From assembly GCA_053919585.1 (NCBI GenBank), contig CM132807.1: a DNA stretch of 64,000 nt. One strand, given 5' to 3'. Position 1 is the stretch's first letter, and each line of letters begins with the position of its first letter. The position numbers and the translations under genes were made by a program. The notes below the pieces were generated by a model, which saw only the letters and a program-made list of their open reading frames with translations, was not told where the DNA came from and did no database searches. This document shows, one piece after another, positions 35,989 through 49,772 of this stretch. Source of the stretch: Euprymna scolopes. Its lineage: Eukaryota.

Positions 35989-38900
35989 CAACATTATATT
36001 ATACATATACATATTGTAACATTTTATATATATATATATATATATAGTCGCGAAAAGCAAAGAACAACGTTGAGTCTGCAACTCAATAAAGACAGTGCAG
36101 AACGATTGATATAAACATGATGCAGATACCTGATAAATATCCATGAAGAAATTATCAGGCATACTAGAAAACTGGTTGGTCATAAACCAATATAGGGATC
36201 ACTTACAACCACCTGCAGCAATTAGAAAAAAATAGAGAATCGATGGTGAAGGTATAATGATGAGAGAGGCGTTCGGCAAGATAGGAGAAGATATGAAAAC
36301 AAACGCAGTTTATGCTGTCATGCAAGTAACGTGCGTGTTAAAATCGATTGTGCGATAGTCAAGAAACCGGAATAATTTAGAAAATTAACGTGATTATAAT
36401 CACATGAACCTGGGCTAATCTGAGATCTACGAAATGTGCGAACCTTACATTTAAATAGTATCTAATAGAAATCGGAATACCAACTGATTTACTTTTCAGA
36501 TAATATGGTTAAAATCAACTTAGTTATTATCGATCTATCTTTCTATCTATCTATTTATCTATCTACCCACTGATATTGTTAAAATAGTTTAGATTGAGAG
36601 TCATTTATTGTTTATTGAATAAAGTGTAGCAATGGGTAACAGCTGAGGAAGTTTATATAAATTTGCTAGGTAAAATAAACAAAATAACCTTGAGAAGGAT
36701 TCATGGAAATATCGCACATTAAGAGATATGTCCTTTTTAATGAATGACGTTACGGAACTGAAGTCAAGAGGTCAGGTAGGTTAGAGAAAGAAGTAGATTT
36801 TGAGTTTGGTCACGGAAGTTAACGGACTTGCTTCAAAAAGTCGGGAAGGGGGTTGTCCAGAGCAATTATGTAGACCAGAAATGCAGACTTAACGTGAAGA
36901 CTAAAACGTGACAGCTGATATAAATTAATATTTTAATAATAGAAAGTGTCGTTCTGTGGTTTTACTAAAGAAGGAAGAACTGATGTCTCCATTGGGTATG
37001 GTGTGTTCCATTTAATGCTTCATAACGTAGCCCAACAGTTAAGATAGAAGAGCTTTTGGAGGAAAAACACATTAAGCATATATTATTCTTTTTATATAAA
37101 ATGATACCTTTATGTAAATATGAAATGTAATGTATACTCGTGTTATAATTCTTTGGTGCAATATTATTCAGTTCATATGTAAATATTATATCCCCTGGCT
37201 AAACATCAACACATACAATTGATACATCAATAAGTGTATAACGAGTGTCGTTTGGAGAAACATCTCTACCTCCAATCTAGACTATATAACATAACTGTTT
37301 TGGTGTCAATTTACCTCTCAATGCAACATTGGTAGCTGCATTAATTTTATATGTGATTTGAAAAAAAGTATCTGAAAAATAGAGCGAAAGAATTAAAAGT
37401 AAGTGCAACGGTTCTCTTTTCTAGAAAAACTAAGGCCGACATACTACCAAGGTGAAAAAAAACGTTGGCTTAATACAGTAAGAAAGATACCGGCAGTCGA
37501 AGAGAATAAAGTTTAAGAGTTTCATGGGGTGCATTATATCGAAGTAGAAAGAACGCTTTATTTCGTGCAGAATGTCAAATCGGAGTTGGCAAGAGATAGT
37601 GTGTAAAAGATAGTCAGACACTGTAATCGATAACAGTCGATCGAATCCGCACCATCCATTCATGTATCAGATCAAATTGCATGGGATCGACCACTGACGT
37701 CACAGACTTATAGATAGAATATACTTATCTATCGAATATTGTGACTCAGAGCGATTTGCACTTTGGAGAGTTATTCGAGCGAAATCAGCAGACATTAATG
37801 GAAGAGAATATACTTTTTTGTGCACTGATTATTCTAAATTTCTAATGAAAAATTTAGCGAATTTCCGTTCGGAGATACCTAGGAACGTATTGGCTAAATA
37901 GACTACCACGCAGTATTTTTGAGCGACAGAACATCACAACTATGAACGCCATTCCTGTTAACAGGGAATAATTTATGCATAAGCAGTGTTTTGTTTCAAT
38001 ATGATATCTAAATTTAGACTTGCCGAGGAAACAATATTGCTTAAGGCAATTTTCAATTGTCACACCCTGGAAGTAATGTGTTGACAACAAACTGTGACGG
38101 GACAGAACATATACAAGTCAGAAATGAGATGTGTGTTAAACCGCTTGAATCCTGCTGCACAAAACTGGATAGAAGTAACTGTTATTGGAATAGTGACACA
38201 AGAATATCAAAATGGAGAAAATACCTATATAGTTTTTGAGAAGTTTGATTCGAGGAGATTCGTTATGAGCAACACCGAGTCGAACAGGAAACACCGCGAA
38301 GATCACAAATAGAGAGGTGTCTGTTGAGATCAAAGGACGTTAAAATGGAAAAGATCAGAACCCCAAAGCAATGAAAAGGAAATTGACAAAAAGTTTGGAG
38401 AATAAGATAAAGGGTTCCAAAATATGCATCACCATCACAGAAAATACAATGTGATATATGGAAATAAAACCTAATTGAAAGTGAATGATAAGACGAACAA
38501 CAATGAGTTTAGTGGGCGATATCCCTGCTGAAGAGTTAAATAAATTTGCATCTTTTTTAGAAACAAATATGCAAAAGTTCGTTATATTAATCACACTGCT
38601 AAATTAAAAGAAAGCCACCTTATTTTCCTGGGAAAATATACATTTACCACTTCCTAATTAAATAAGTGAAAAATTAAAACTCGTCTTTCTCTATTAAGAA
38701 AAAGTAAATCAATTCTATTATAATAAGGGCTATGAAGACAGCTTATTATTTCCCTTGCTTTGATTGTCAGCTATATATCCGTTGATATGTAGCATGTTAT
38801 TATGTATAGCGATGTGATATTCGGTTGATTAATGGTGTCTAACTCTGTCGAATATATACTCGAGAGTAAAAACAATGAAAAGTATATGTTGTGACATACA

Positions 38901-39109
38901 CCTAACTATAAACAGCATAATTATTTCTTGATTGATTTTAACCTCTATAGCATTTGTTGATTTTACTCAATTTCTCATGGAAGTCATACACTAAATATAA
39001 GTTAATATATATAAACATAATATTTAACCAATTTACAGTTTACGTGAACAAGCCTAAATGCATTAATAGATGCTGGCTTCGCTGAGATTACATAAAAATT
39101 ACGAATGAT

Positions 39110-40090
39110 GTGAGTTCTCTCAGATTCTCTCTCTTCTAATCTTGTGCACGTTGTACAATGTGAAAAGGGGTTGTATATATTTGCTTCCGCACTGAACAAA
39201 TAAGGCACAAGGGCGTTTTTGTACAATGTGAAAAGAGGTGGTTTGTTACAGTTAATGCATCTAAAACCAAGCTTTTATCTTTACACCATCAACGCTCTGA
39301 TTCCCATCTGACATCAATTGAAATGAATGGCTCTCGTCTTGGGGAGGCCTCATGTTTTAACAATCATCTGTGCTGGACCTTTACTCTTGATCTGAAATGG
39401 AAAATGTGCATCAAATATGTTGCCAAAGCCGCTGGAAAAATGGTCGGATTCTTTTATCGATCCAGTAGATATCTCACTGCTGATGCAATTCTCTATCTAA
39501 AGGAGAGCCAAATTCGTCCAAGGATGGAGTACTGTTGCCAGATCAGGGACGGAGCAGCTAGAATGATTTTATCCTGCCTTGACAGAATTCAAAATAGACT
39601 TCGCAGCCTCATAAATGATGTCCTTTTTTTTTCGCTGCAGCCTCTTTCTCACAGAAGAGATATTACGAGTTTGTCGCTGTTTTATCGTTATCTTTGTGGC
39701 AAGTGCTCGACTTAGCTTCGATTTATGGTATCCCTCGCCAAACTTTCACAAGAAACACACGTCTAGCTGAAAACACTATCAATAATTTATCCCACTCTTT
39801 ATCTGTGCCTAAACATAAACGTCGACTCCATGAAAAAAACTTCTTTCTTAGAACTGCGCGCCTGTGTAAATGTCTTCCGCTTTCCATGCTTTCAAACTGA
39901 CTACAATATGGTTTTCTTCAAGTCCAACGTAAACTATACTTGATAAGCCGTTCCCCTTAAGTTAACAAATTTACTGAATTTCCATTACTGACAATTACTA
40001 TATTGCCCAGTAAACTACTGGGCGCTCTTTAACTCTTATTCACGAGTGAGACCAGTTCTTTGATAAGTGGTGATGTCTATGTTAAAAAAA
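39110..40090 (+). mobile_element. Older, decayed copy of the same LINE family (3' part)
   Basis: Colinear with about 31785-32690 (MNGSRL.EAS, RPRMEYCC, LQPLSHRRD, shared 3' UTR, short A tail), with frameshifts. Confidence 0.92.
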
Positions 40091-40611
40091 GCTTTTAAGG
40101 TGAGAAATTAAACTAATTGCACAGGAAAAGACAAGAACAATCTGAAAATATTGTATATACTAATAAATTTACATAGGAATATTAACTGAAACATTTTTTA
40201 CACTTTGCGGTATTGCGAGTAACAGAATGACGTTCTTTCTGTTTTGCAAGATATAATCGCAGTAAACAATTCATTTGGAATAAAATATATTTTCGGATAA
40301 AGCTGTTTTATTTTGTTAACAAATAGATGAATGCAAGTTTTATATAAAATAATATAAATTTTGCATTACTGTGTATGTAAAGAAAAAATAAAAGTATGGA
40401 GTACATTATAGGTGAACGGGCGAATATAATATTTGGCAAGCAAACAGAATTAAAAATATGGATAAATAAAAATATACAGAATGGCTGGGGGTAATTTTAT
40501 CATTCAAACTTGAGTACAAGGTTTTTTGTCTGTAATGGTCTATTTACAATTCTGGTGAAATCATGTCTTACCCTCAAATCCAAATAAAATTTATATGAGA
40601 AATTGTACATC

Positions 40612-40687
<76 letters not shown>

Positions 40688-40692
<5 letters not shown>

Positions 40693-41552
40693 GGAGTAGT
40701 CACCAACAATGTGTACTTTTTTTTACATTATTTTATTATTCCGTGTCTTGGTATTTCATTGAGAATTATGTTTGGATCATTGCAATAATGTTTTTAAGTT
40801 ATTGAAATCGTGTTTACGATTTAGAAACATTAAAGATCCCCTATTTTAAATACACCCCTCTTTCTAAACAAACATAATATATGGAATACCCGAAAAGACT
40901 AAAACGAAAAATCACAATACTAAAATCCAAGGATCCAAAAAATAAATATCAAAATAGCATGAAAGCACCCATACACTTATTTCAGAAGAGCCAGCCCCCT
41001 CCACACGCATACACATTAGTAACGACCTCGGACCACAGCCGCCTTCCTAAGGAAGAAAATAACCCCAAAATACTATAAAACAATATACACATTCCCAAAC
41101 CAATAAAAGCAAACACCCACAAACACACGCGCACACACACATAAGCACACACAAACAACCGCACACACACACCCTACCCCACCCTAAAGGAAAGAAACAA
41201 ACATTAGTAGAAAGAGATAGCGACTACAACCAGGTCAACGTCTCCCTAAACAAACCCAATAAAAGAGAAATAAAAATTGAGTATACCAATGAATAATAAA
41301 CACTTAAAAGCTTCCACTCCTTGGAAAAACTTCAAATTAACTACGAAAATCGCCATTTTTACATCTCCAAAACATTTGAAAATAATTTCTGACGAGGACG
41401 CATCACTGACCGTCTGAAACGCGCGTAAAAACGATTTCATTGACTTAAAAACATTATTACAATGATCCAAACATAATTCTCAATGAAAAACCAAGACACG
41501 GAAAAATAAACTAATGTTACAAAATACACATTGTTGGTGACTACTCCCTTTT
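40688..41552. repeat. ~130-bp inverted repeat (40688-40818 / 41424-41552), Penelope-like pLTR arrangement
   Basis: The arms are reverse complements (AAAAGGGAGTAGTCACCAACAATGTGTA...) and are flanked by (TA)n. Confidence 0.85.
41377..41439 (+). ncRNA. Minimal type I hammerhead ribozyme motif
   Basis: CTGACGA-GGACG(catcactgac)CGTCT-GAAAC-GCGC-GTA: intact core, 5-bp stem II, palindromic GCGC loop III and a GUA cleavage triplet. Stem I is weak and AU-rich. Confidence 0.65.
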
Positions 41553-41590
41553 TTAAATATACATCATTCTTTCGTTAGAAATTCTTAACC

Positions 41591-41633
<43 letters not shown>

Positions 41634-41711
41634 CAAATAAATGCATTTTTTATTTTTAAAAACAGTAATCTACGGACACGCGTGTTTCGGAGCCCTTGTC
41701 TTCTGCAGCTA

Positions 41712-41778
<67 letters not shown>

Positions 41779-42899
41779 AGAAATAGTTAATAATACTTGT
41801 TAAAACACTTTGAAAAAGAGTTAAAACATATTTAATCTGAAAATGAAACACTTAATTAGTGGACAGTCCTTAATCTGTGGAGCTTCGAAGAAATCATTCC
41901 CTTCTCATCAGAGGGTAGGAACTTGCAAAAATGAGGGATCGGATTTTGCATACAAAAATATTTTATGAAACCGCAAGTAAGTCAAAGATCTTACTTGATG
42001 ACAAAATGTGAAGCAGAGTGAATATAGCGAGGAAAAAGGTGATTTCACGTGAATAGATAGTCAGGTGGAAGGTTACGTCTCCAATGACGGTAAAATCTAA
42101 AAAGGTAAGTCCAAGAAAGTTAATTAATCTTCCAATCGCACAAGTAAAATCCAAGAAAATCGCGTAATTTGAAGATTGTCCAACATAATCCAAAAGGCGA
42201 AAATGTGTGGAATAATACACAAATATGTACAAGGAAAAGGGGGAAAGTCCAATCATATTAATAAAAGAAACAAAATATATGATTTTAACACGGTTGCCGA
42301 GAACATGGTGATAGAATAAAATATAAATTAGAAAAGCAATTGTCAAAATGACCCATACAAGATAACGGTAAACAGTGCGAATAATATAGGGCATAAAGAG
42401 GTCAACTGAAATGTACAGGTTATTACTTAAGAAGATGTCAGAAGGGACCATTAACAGACACTAACTGGAAAAATTAAATAAATAAATAAATAAAATAAAT
42501 AAATAAATATTAAAATAAATATAAATATAAAATAATTTTTTGTAAGGGGAAGCGATAGCCGGTATCTTCGAATTCCGGATAAAGCAAGTAAGTATATAAG
42601 TAAATGCATATAGGAAAATATAAGTAAAAATTCATACTGGATATGAATGTGTACGTAAATTTATATAATTTATAGATATGAATATTTAAAGACTAAAATG
42701 GAAAGTGCAGATAAATACCGGCCAAGCAAAGAAAAATAAAGAATTAAAATAAATGATTATTAGGTTATAAAGTATTAAGAAAGTATGTAGAAAAAAAAAC
42801 GATAATTTTATAAGAAAAATTATATATATCTAAAAGGTTAAAGTAATAGCTATGTATTTTAAAAATTACCATAATTTAATTTGAACTTATGTATACAGA

Positions 42900-43360
42900 A
42901 AGAGATCAGTTTGTTTTTATAGTTTATTATATCGTTACTTTGAGGGAAAGTCATTATAGTTATAGGTTCGCTTGTGCAGAGGCGACAGGACTTAGAACCT
43001 GGAGTATAATACCTAACTTCCTTTACGATAGTCCATTTGATTGAGAAGGGGGTATTACTAAAGTTACGTTTTTTAATTAAAGAGGTTAGAGGAGGGAATT
43101 GGTAATTATTACAATTATGGTTGTTAAAAGAAGAAATGGGGTTTGATATTCTTTTCTTTATTCATGTTGAAGTAGCGCCGATATATGTTTGGACTTTATT
43201 AAAAGATCGAGGGCCGATATTAATATTAATTTGCTGATTTGTATTAGTTAAATAGTTTGGATTTTGTTCATTGTATTCAACAAAGGGTAGGGCAATGATA
43301 GTACAACTTTTTGGAGGGGATAACAAGTGTTGTTAGTGTTAGGATGACTGTTAGGAGCAA

Positions 43361-43406
<46 letters not shown>

Positions 43407-43950
43407 GCTAGTTGTTAGATTGTATATGGGGGCCTGCTCGAGTGGTATATTGGATTAATAACTATATCAGATGGAGTATGGGAAGAACGATAACTTGAAG
43501 ACGAACTATTGGTGTCTGTTATGGGAGGATTACGTTGGAGCTCAGTAATTGTGCATGAATATATACAATCTTTATGAATGCAATCATTATTAAGTAGACA
43601 AAGATTTGTGTTATTACGATTACAGTTTTTTGTGTTTGATTGGGAATGGGATTTTTTGGGCTGATTTATTTTTTTTCATTAGATGTTAAGATTCTTTGTG
43701 CTAAATTGGGCATTTGTGAATAAGAAATTCCTATTGAGTTTTTCTTAAAAATATAACTATATCTAGATATATTTGAAAGAGTTTTGTACAATGTTGAAGA
43801 CTTTCGTAGGTATATATATAATCTTGTGCATGTGCATAATAGTTTACGGAGACGATAATATCTCAATACAATCAATTCCTGAAATCTGAAAGCATAGTTG
43901 TGAAGTCTACTTTATTACTTATATTAGTTTTTTTCTTCTAAGTTGAGAAT
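42900..43950 (-). mobile_element. Decayed Penelope-like element (RT tail and GIY-YIG endonuclease)
   Basis: Minus strand reads YIGATST*IKKRISN (about 43140-43190) and TPFSIKWTIVKEVRYYTPGSKSCRLCTSE (about 42960-43060). Degenerate hammerhead-like cores occur downstream at about 41670-41710 and about 41885-41915. Confidence 0.7.
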
Positions 43951-44306
43951 TTGTCGATACTAGATCACTACTTTATCACAAGAATACAATGGTTTACAAA
44001 AAATATTGGCACAAGGTTGGCTGTTTTTACTCATAACATCTATTTTTTTTTAGATATGTATACTGTGCATTCTGTATAAATACCGCATATNNNNNNNNNN
44101 NNNNNNNNNNNNNNNNNNNNNNNNNNNNNNNNNNNNNNNNNNNNNNNNNNNNNNNNNNNNNNNNNNNNNNNNNNNNNNNNNNNNNNNNNNNNNNNNNNNN
44201 NNNNNNNNNNNNNNNNNNNNNNNNGCATATATCAAGGAATATAAATATAATCGTAATCTAAATGAAATCACAGACAGTATAAATTAGAAGTATGAGTTAT
44301 TGAGTT

Positions 44307-47300
44307 TGTTATGACTCGCAAGAAGCCACAAAGAAGAACAGAACAACAGATAACAGTTTAAACTATATTATATGAAAACAACTGAAAGCTTAAAAAAGAC
44401 AAGTGTAGGTAATTCACCAAAAATGCGAGGGTCGTTCTGAAATTGATCCCCGCCTGGGATCGCTATCACTAAAGTTTATATGGACGCTGGAATAGTCAAA
44501 GTGAAGGTGCCCCCCTCACAAGCGAATTCATCCAGCTGTGAAATCCGTATATTTTCTTTAAAGGGCAGACTAGAAAGAGGTTAGTTTGCTCCTTTTTCTG
44601 TCGGAGTTTATTGGTTCTGACATGATTTGAAGGTTTCACGTCTAAACAGTTTTATACTGTATCAATTGCTTCTCTGTCCTCCTTCGGTATTTCTTGATGC
44701 ATTTTCTTTATTTGGCTCAGGTGCCTTTAAGTTCGAATTTGGGACCTTGAATGATGTATGTAAGATGGCTCACTCTTCCCGTGTCTTGTTCCCGAACAGA
44801 ACCGTTATTCGTACAATGTTTAAAATATAAGTTATCGCAGCGTTTAAACAATTTTGTTTGAATTATATGTTTGGGCAGCAGTTTATTAAATATTGATTAT
44901 ATTCTTCGCCCAAAGATTATTTCAGCTGAAGATCCGGCATCTGGTGTGTTCAAATTTTTTCGTTATATTATAGATCTGCAGAAATTGTTTGAGGGCCTTT
45001 TCTGTCGGTGTGCCACACGCCTTCTTTAACGCCCTTTTTAGCGTGTCGACGAAGCGTTCGGTCTGGGCGTTAATCCTGGTAGGATACTGGAGGGTCGTAA
45101 TATGCTTAACTTGGTACGTCTCGCAGAATTGTGCCGACATTTACCGGGTACCGTTGTCGCTGAATAGAAAATCCACAAACCCAAAACAAGAAAACAACTA
45201 AAATAAAAAAAAAATTGTCGTCGTTTATGCATCTCAGGACATGTGGCCATTTCGAGTAGCTGTCTACTATTGCCAGGTAGAAACATCTTCTACTGGTCCC
45301 GCGTAGTCAACATGGATCCTCGACCACTGTTCTTCAGCTTTAAGCCAAGGCTTATGTGGTATACATTGTACTTTGGCAGCCAAACAATTGTCTTTGCAGA
45401 TATTCACCATATTAGTCAATGTCTTGGTCCATAGTTGGCCATTAAACGAAACTTATCACCAGGTTTTTCATCCGTTTGTTTTTTTCCTGAATGTCCCATG
45501 TGAAAGTCCTTGATAATCCTTTTTTGAAGGGTTTTGGGGATGACAACCCTTTAATCGTATAGCGGCATTTCCTCGCAAACAGAAAAATGTCTTAAACGAT
45601 ATCACCCAGTGTATATTCTGCTTAGTCGTTTGAATGAAATTGCCATTTTCGGATCCAGCCTAATTTCCTGACATGTGACTGGCAATTCGCGGATGATATT
45701 ATTAACCATGGTTTTCAATTAACTATTAATATGTAGTGTCCCGATGATTGAGTCTTCAACAGGTTCCATTTTGGCAGGAATTAGTCTGGACAGACTGTAT
45801 GCATGTGCCAGTTGTTTTAAGAAGAGAAAGTATATTGTAAAATTATAATTTAGAAGAATAGTTCCCTATCTTTTCAGTCAATTCTCAGTGAATATTAGTA
45901 GCCCTTTTTGGGGCAAAAATTGTATATAAAAGGCTTATGGTCGGTTTGTAGATAAAAATGCCTTCCGTACTGGAACCGTCGGAATTTCGAAACTGCAAAT
46001 ATAATTCCTAGTCCTTCTTTCTTTATCTGAGAATATTTTTCTCTGATTGGAGAAGAATCTGGGACTCGATAACCATTGGCTATTTTTAGCCGCCTTGCAT
46101 CCTATGTAACATACAGCCGCCAAGGCCATATTGGCTAGCGTCGCTATCCACTATTATATCCAACATCGGGTGTAAATGAGCTAGGAGCAGTTTTGAGGTA
46201 AGTGTCCTCTCCCAAGTCTTATCTCTCTTTCGTAATTGCTTTAGTCGCGCACGCAATTTTGCATGTTAGGGATAAACGCTTGACAATAATTTGTGAAGCC
46301 CAACATCTTTGTAATTGTACTATTTTTTCCGGTGCTGCATTTCTCTAATGACGGTCGCCCTGTCCGGATCTGGGGGTTCAGCCATCTTTATCATTGATAT
46401 TTCCTAGGTAAGTGAGTTTTTATAAAAAGAATTCACATTTGTATGCTTGGAGCTTAACCCCATAATTCTGTACTCGACTGATTACTTATCTAATATGGTT
46501 TGCGTGTTCCTACCAGCTTTTGCTCGCTATAATTATTTCATCTAGATATTCGATGGCGGTGTCTAGGTCGCTCAGTATGGTATCCATAACTTGTTTGAAT
46601 TTCGCGGGTTCTACCTTTACCCCGCACGCGAGCATTTCGTATCTGTACATACTCTGATGAGTAGGTTAGAGGAGGTTAGTGCTGCTGTCTTTTATATGGA
46701 TTTGTAAGTAAGCATCGCTCACGTCGATCTTGGAGGAAAACTTGCCGCCATTAACTTCCAGGAACACTTCCTCTGCGCTGGGTAAGATATAATGACATCT
46801 TCTAACGACCCGTTGAGTCCAATGAGAAAATCAACGCAAACGGGGATTTCCCCGGACCGTTTTTTATGTAGACTGCTGGAGCAGCCCACTCACCATATTC
46901 AAATTTTGCCAGCATACCGATGTTTTTAAATCTATCCAGTTCCTTATTGATCTTATTCGGCAATTTCTGAGCATCTTCCAAGTCCAGGAGAAAATACGTT
47001 TGAGAATTACTTTTTAAAACCGGGTATAAGTTTCTCAGATTCCGCTGGATGGGGTTCTATTTTTTGTCAAAATGTTGATTTAGGTAGAGCGCATATATGA
47101 AACTCATCTATGCTATCGAAACCAAACAGGTTCTCACTATATATAATACATACATTTTGAGTGTATTTCTTTTTCCAGGAAGATGACGTTAATGATTAAT
47201 TCATCCCCCCCCAATTAATGTTTGTACCATTGACGGCCGTAGCCGTTCTGATTGTTCCTAGCATCGTCAGTTCGTATTTTTTCCACGTTTTGAAATTCAT

Positions 47301-48724
47301 TATTTAAAGACCCGACCCATTGTCTGTTAAATTTAATATCTTTGTCGAGAATATTGAGTGTTACGTATTTGCATACATTTGCATCTATGATGTATTTAGT
47401 TATAGCTTGATGTACCCGGGTCTTGTTCTAATTTCTTCTCGAACGGTTTTTGTTAGTTATATTTTTTTAACTTTACCAGAACTCTGCGCCTGATTTCCGC
47501 ATCTTTTACTGAGGTTAACCCTTGTGTAATAAAGAAGGAATTTTAAATTATCTGCTCTTAATTCATATAATGCAAGGTCATCACAATACTTCTTCACTAC
47601 TGCTGCGTACGTTGTAAAGTCGTCATAATCGTGATTAGTTACACTAAAACGTCTCTATCGCTTATGAAAAAAAGAGACGTTTTCGGAGAGTACAGATCTG
47701 TTACCAGATTTACCGTTTCATTGAGCGATAAATTCGCGGTTTTCCGTGCCAAGATGTAATCCACGAATTTGTCATGTTCAACCGTTCCAAGTTTTCGTAG
47801 CATCAGCCTGGTCTTTTTCTGGTCAGACCAGTTACAGCTGTGGATATTGAAAAAATCATCCTATGTCCGGAAATAAGCTGCGAATGATTTTTCATGATCT
47901 TCCTAATAACACTTATCTATTGCGGACTATACAGCATTTGGAGAAAAAAGCTGAATCTTCGTTATTCTTCACGAATTCTGCAAGTAATTTCTTTGTTCGT
48001 AATGGACGCTTTTCTAATTCTATCTGTTTGACCTCAAACAGACCGAATTACAAAAACAGTTCGCCGAACGTCAATTAGGAAAAGAGTCATTACTTATGAA
48101 AAATATTATGCAACGATTTACTTTTAGTAGAGAAAGACAGTGTCCTACTTTTGCTTTCTTCGCAAAGTAAAACTTTACCATTTTTAGTAGCGACGAACTT
48201 TTTTTTTTACAAAGTACAGATTTACCTTTAAAGTAGCGACGAACGTTTTTCCAACTACATTTCGTTCCGTACTTATCTGAGTTTTTTTAGGGTAAATTAA
48301 TTAATAATCTGATTTTTTTTTCCGCGAGTCCTTCGGTCTCAAGTGTTATGCTACACTTTCTTAAGCGTGATAAACATTTGAGTCCAATGTCGTTAATGTT
48401 TTCAGAACATTATTTAAGGCGAGAGTATGTTTCTTGAATCCAATGTCGTCAGTGATTTTGCGAATAATGTTGCAGACGTATGTTTCTAGAATCTAATACC
48501 GTCAGTGTTATGGCTCGGAAGTAGCCACAAAACAGAAAAGAACAAAGGAGAACTGTTTAAAACATGTATTACATAAAAAGAACATACACTTTAGAAACGG
48601 AAAGTGAAGTAATAAACCGAACAGCCGAGGGTCGCTCTGGAAATTCATTCCCGCCTGGGATTGCCATGAGTAAAGTTTATATGGACGATGGGATAATCTC
48701 TTTGGATGGTGGTTCCCCACAACA
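44307..48724 (-). mobile_element. Old Ty3/Gypsy retrotransposon with diverged LTRs (about 44307-44523 and 48506-48724)
   Basis: The LTR pair shares TGTTATG.CTCG.AAG.AGCCACAAA and GGGTCG.TCTG..CCCGCCTGGGAT..TAAAGTTTATATGGACG. RT has SKIDVSDAYLQI and EYLDEII; integrase has NAQTERFVDTLKRALKK. Confidence 0.85.
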
Positions 48725-48900
48725 AAATTAANNNNNNNNNNNNNNNNNNNNNNNNNNNNNNNNNNNNNNNNNNNNNNNNNNNNNNNNNNNNNNNNNNNNN
48801 NNNNNNNNNNNNNNNNNNNNNNNNNNNNNNNNNNNNNNNNNNNNNNNNNNNNNNNNNNNNNNNNNNNNNNNNNNNNNNNNNNNNNNNNNNNNNNNNNNNN

Positions 48901-49022
48901 GTAATGTTTCGGTGTATCACAACTCATCAGTGCAGCACAACCAGCAAATCTCCCAGGCCGAGGATTGAACTTAGGACAACCACGTTGATAGTCGGCAGTT
49001 CTACCCATCGAACCACGTGAGC
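48901..49022 (-). mobile_element. tRNA-derived SINE head
   Basis: Minus strand GTGGTTCGATGGGTAG (A box-like) ... GTTCAATCC (B box) with tRNA-like spacing. It runs into an N gap. Confidence 0.55.
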
Positions 49023-49265
49023 AGCGCTCGTGAATAAATTCCGCAAATGCCTATTTCAAACAAACATCTGCCCATAATTTTATCATGCTGAAACTGTTTT
49101 GTTTATAAACCAACAGTTAACATCTTATTTACATCCAATTAAGTGAGCAGGTAAGATTATTTACGACAATGCTCTACCCAAAGAGGGGGGTGTAATATAT
49201 ATTTTGTAGTCATTCGCATACAGTAATGTTTCGTTATATCCAAACTCATCCGTTCAGCTAGACTA

Positions 49266-49332
<67 letters not shown>

Positions 49333-49602
49333 GTGTGTATGAGTGTATGTGCGTGTGTGAGGGTGTATGACTGTTTGTACATGTGGGGTGTATATGTATG
49401 AATATATGTCTTAATAAATATAAAAATGTCCAAAAAAATTAACTATTGAAGATTGCGATTGAATTATCTCCCTTTACTGGGTCTAATAAAACTTTAGATA
49501 TATAGAGATCCGGTCCAATAGATACTAACTAACGTCTACTTGTGTATCTAAAAATCGAATTTATACTGATTTATCTGATATACAATTCCGTTTTTAAATG
49601 TG

Positions 49603-49642
<40 letters not shown>

Positions 49643-49713
49643 GTATATATACATATATATATATATACATATATATCTATCTATCTCTCTATCCTTCTGT
49701 CTCTATTTCTCTC

Positions 49714-49772
<59 letters not shown>

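Noticed and set aside
37430-38600. Coding-like stretch with short ORFs (e.g. 38094-38312)
   Set aside because: Possibly a decayed transposon, but it has no motif I can assign.
41963-42451. 162-aa hydrophobic ORF as a membrane protein
   Set aside because: T-rich strand bias next to a decayed Penelope element explains the composition, and there is no family motif.
48955-49022. Functional tRNA gene
   Set aside because: A/B boxes are present but the cloverleaf is degenerate and it continues into a SINE-like body.
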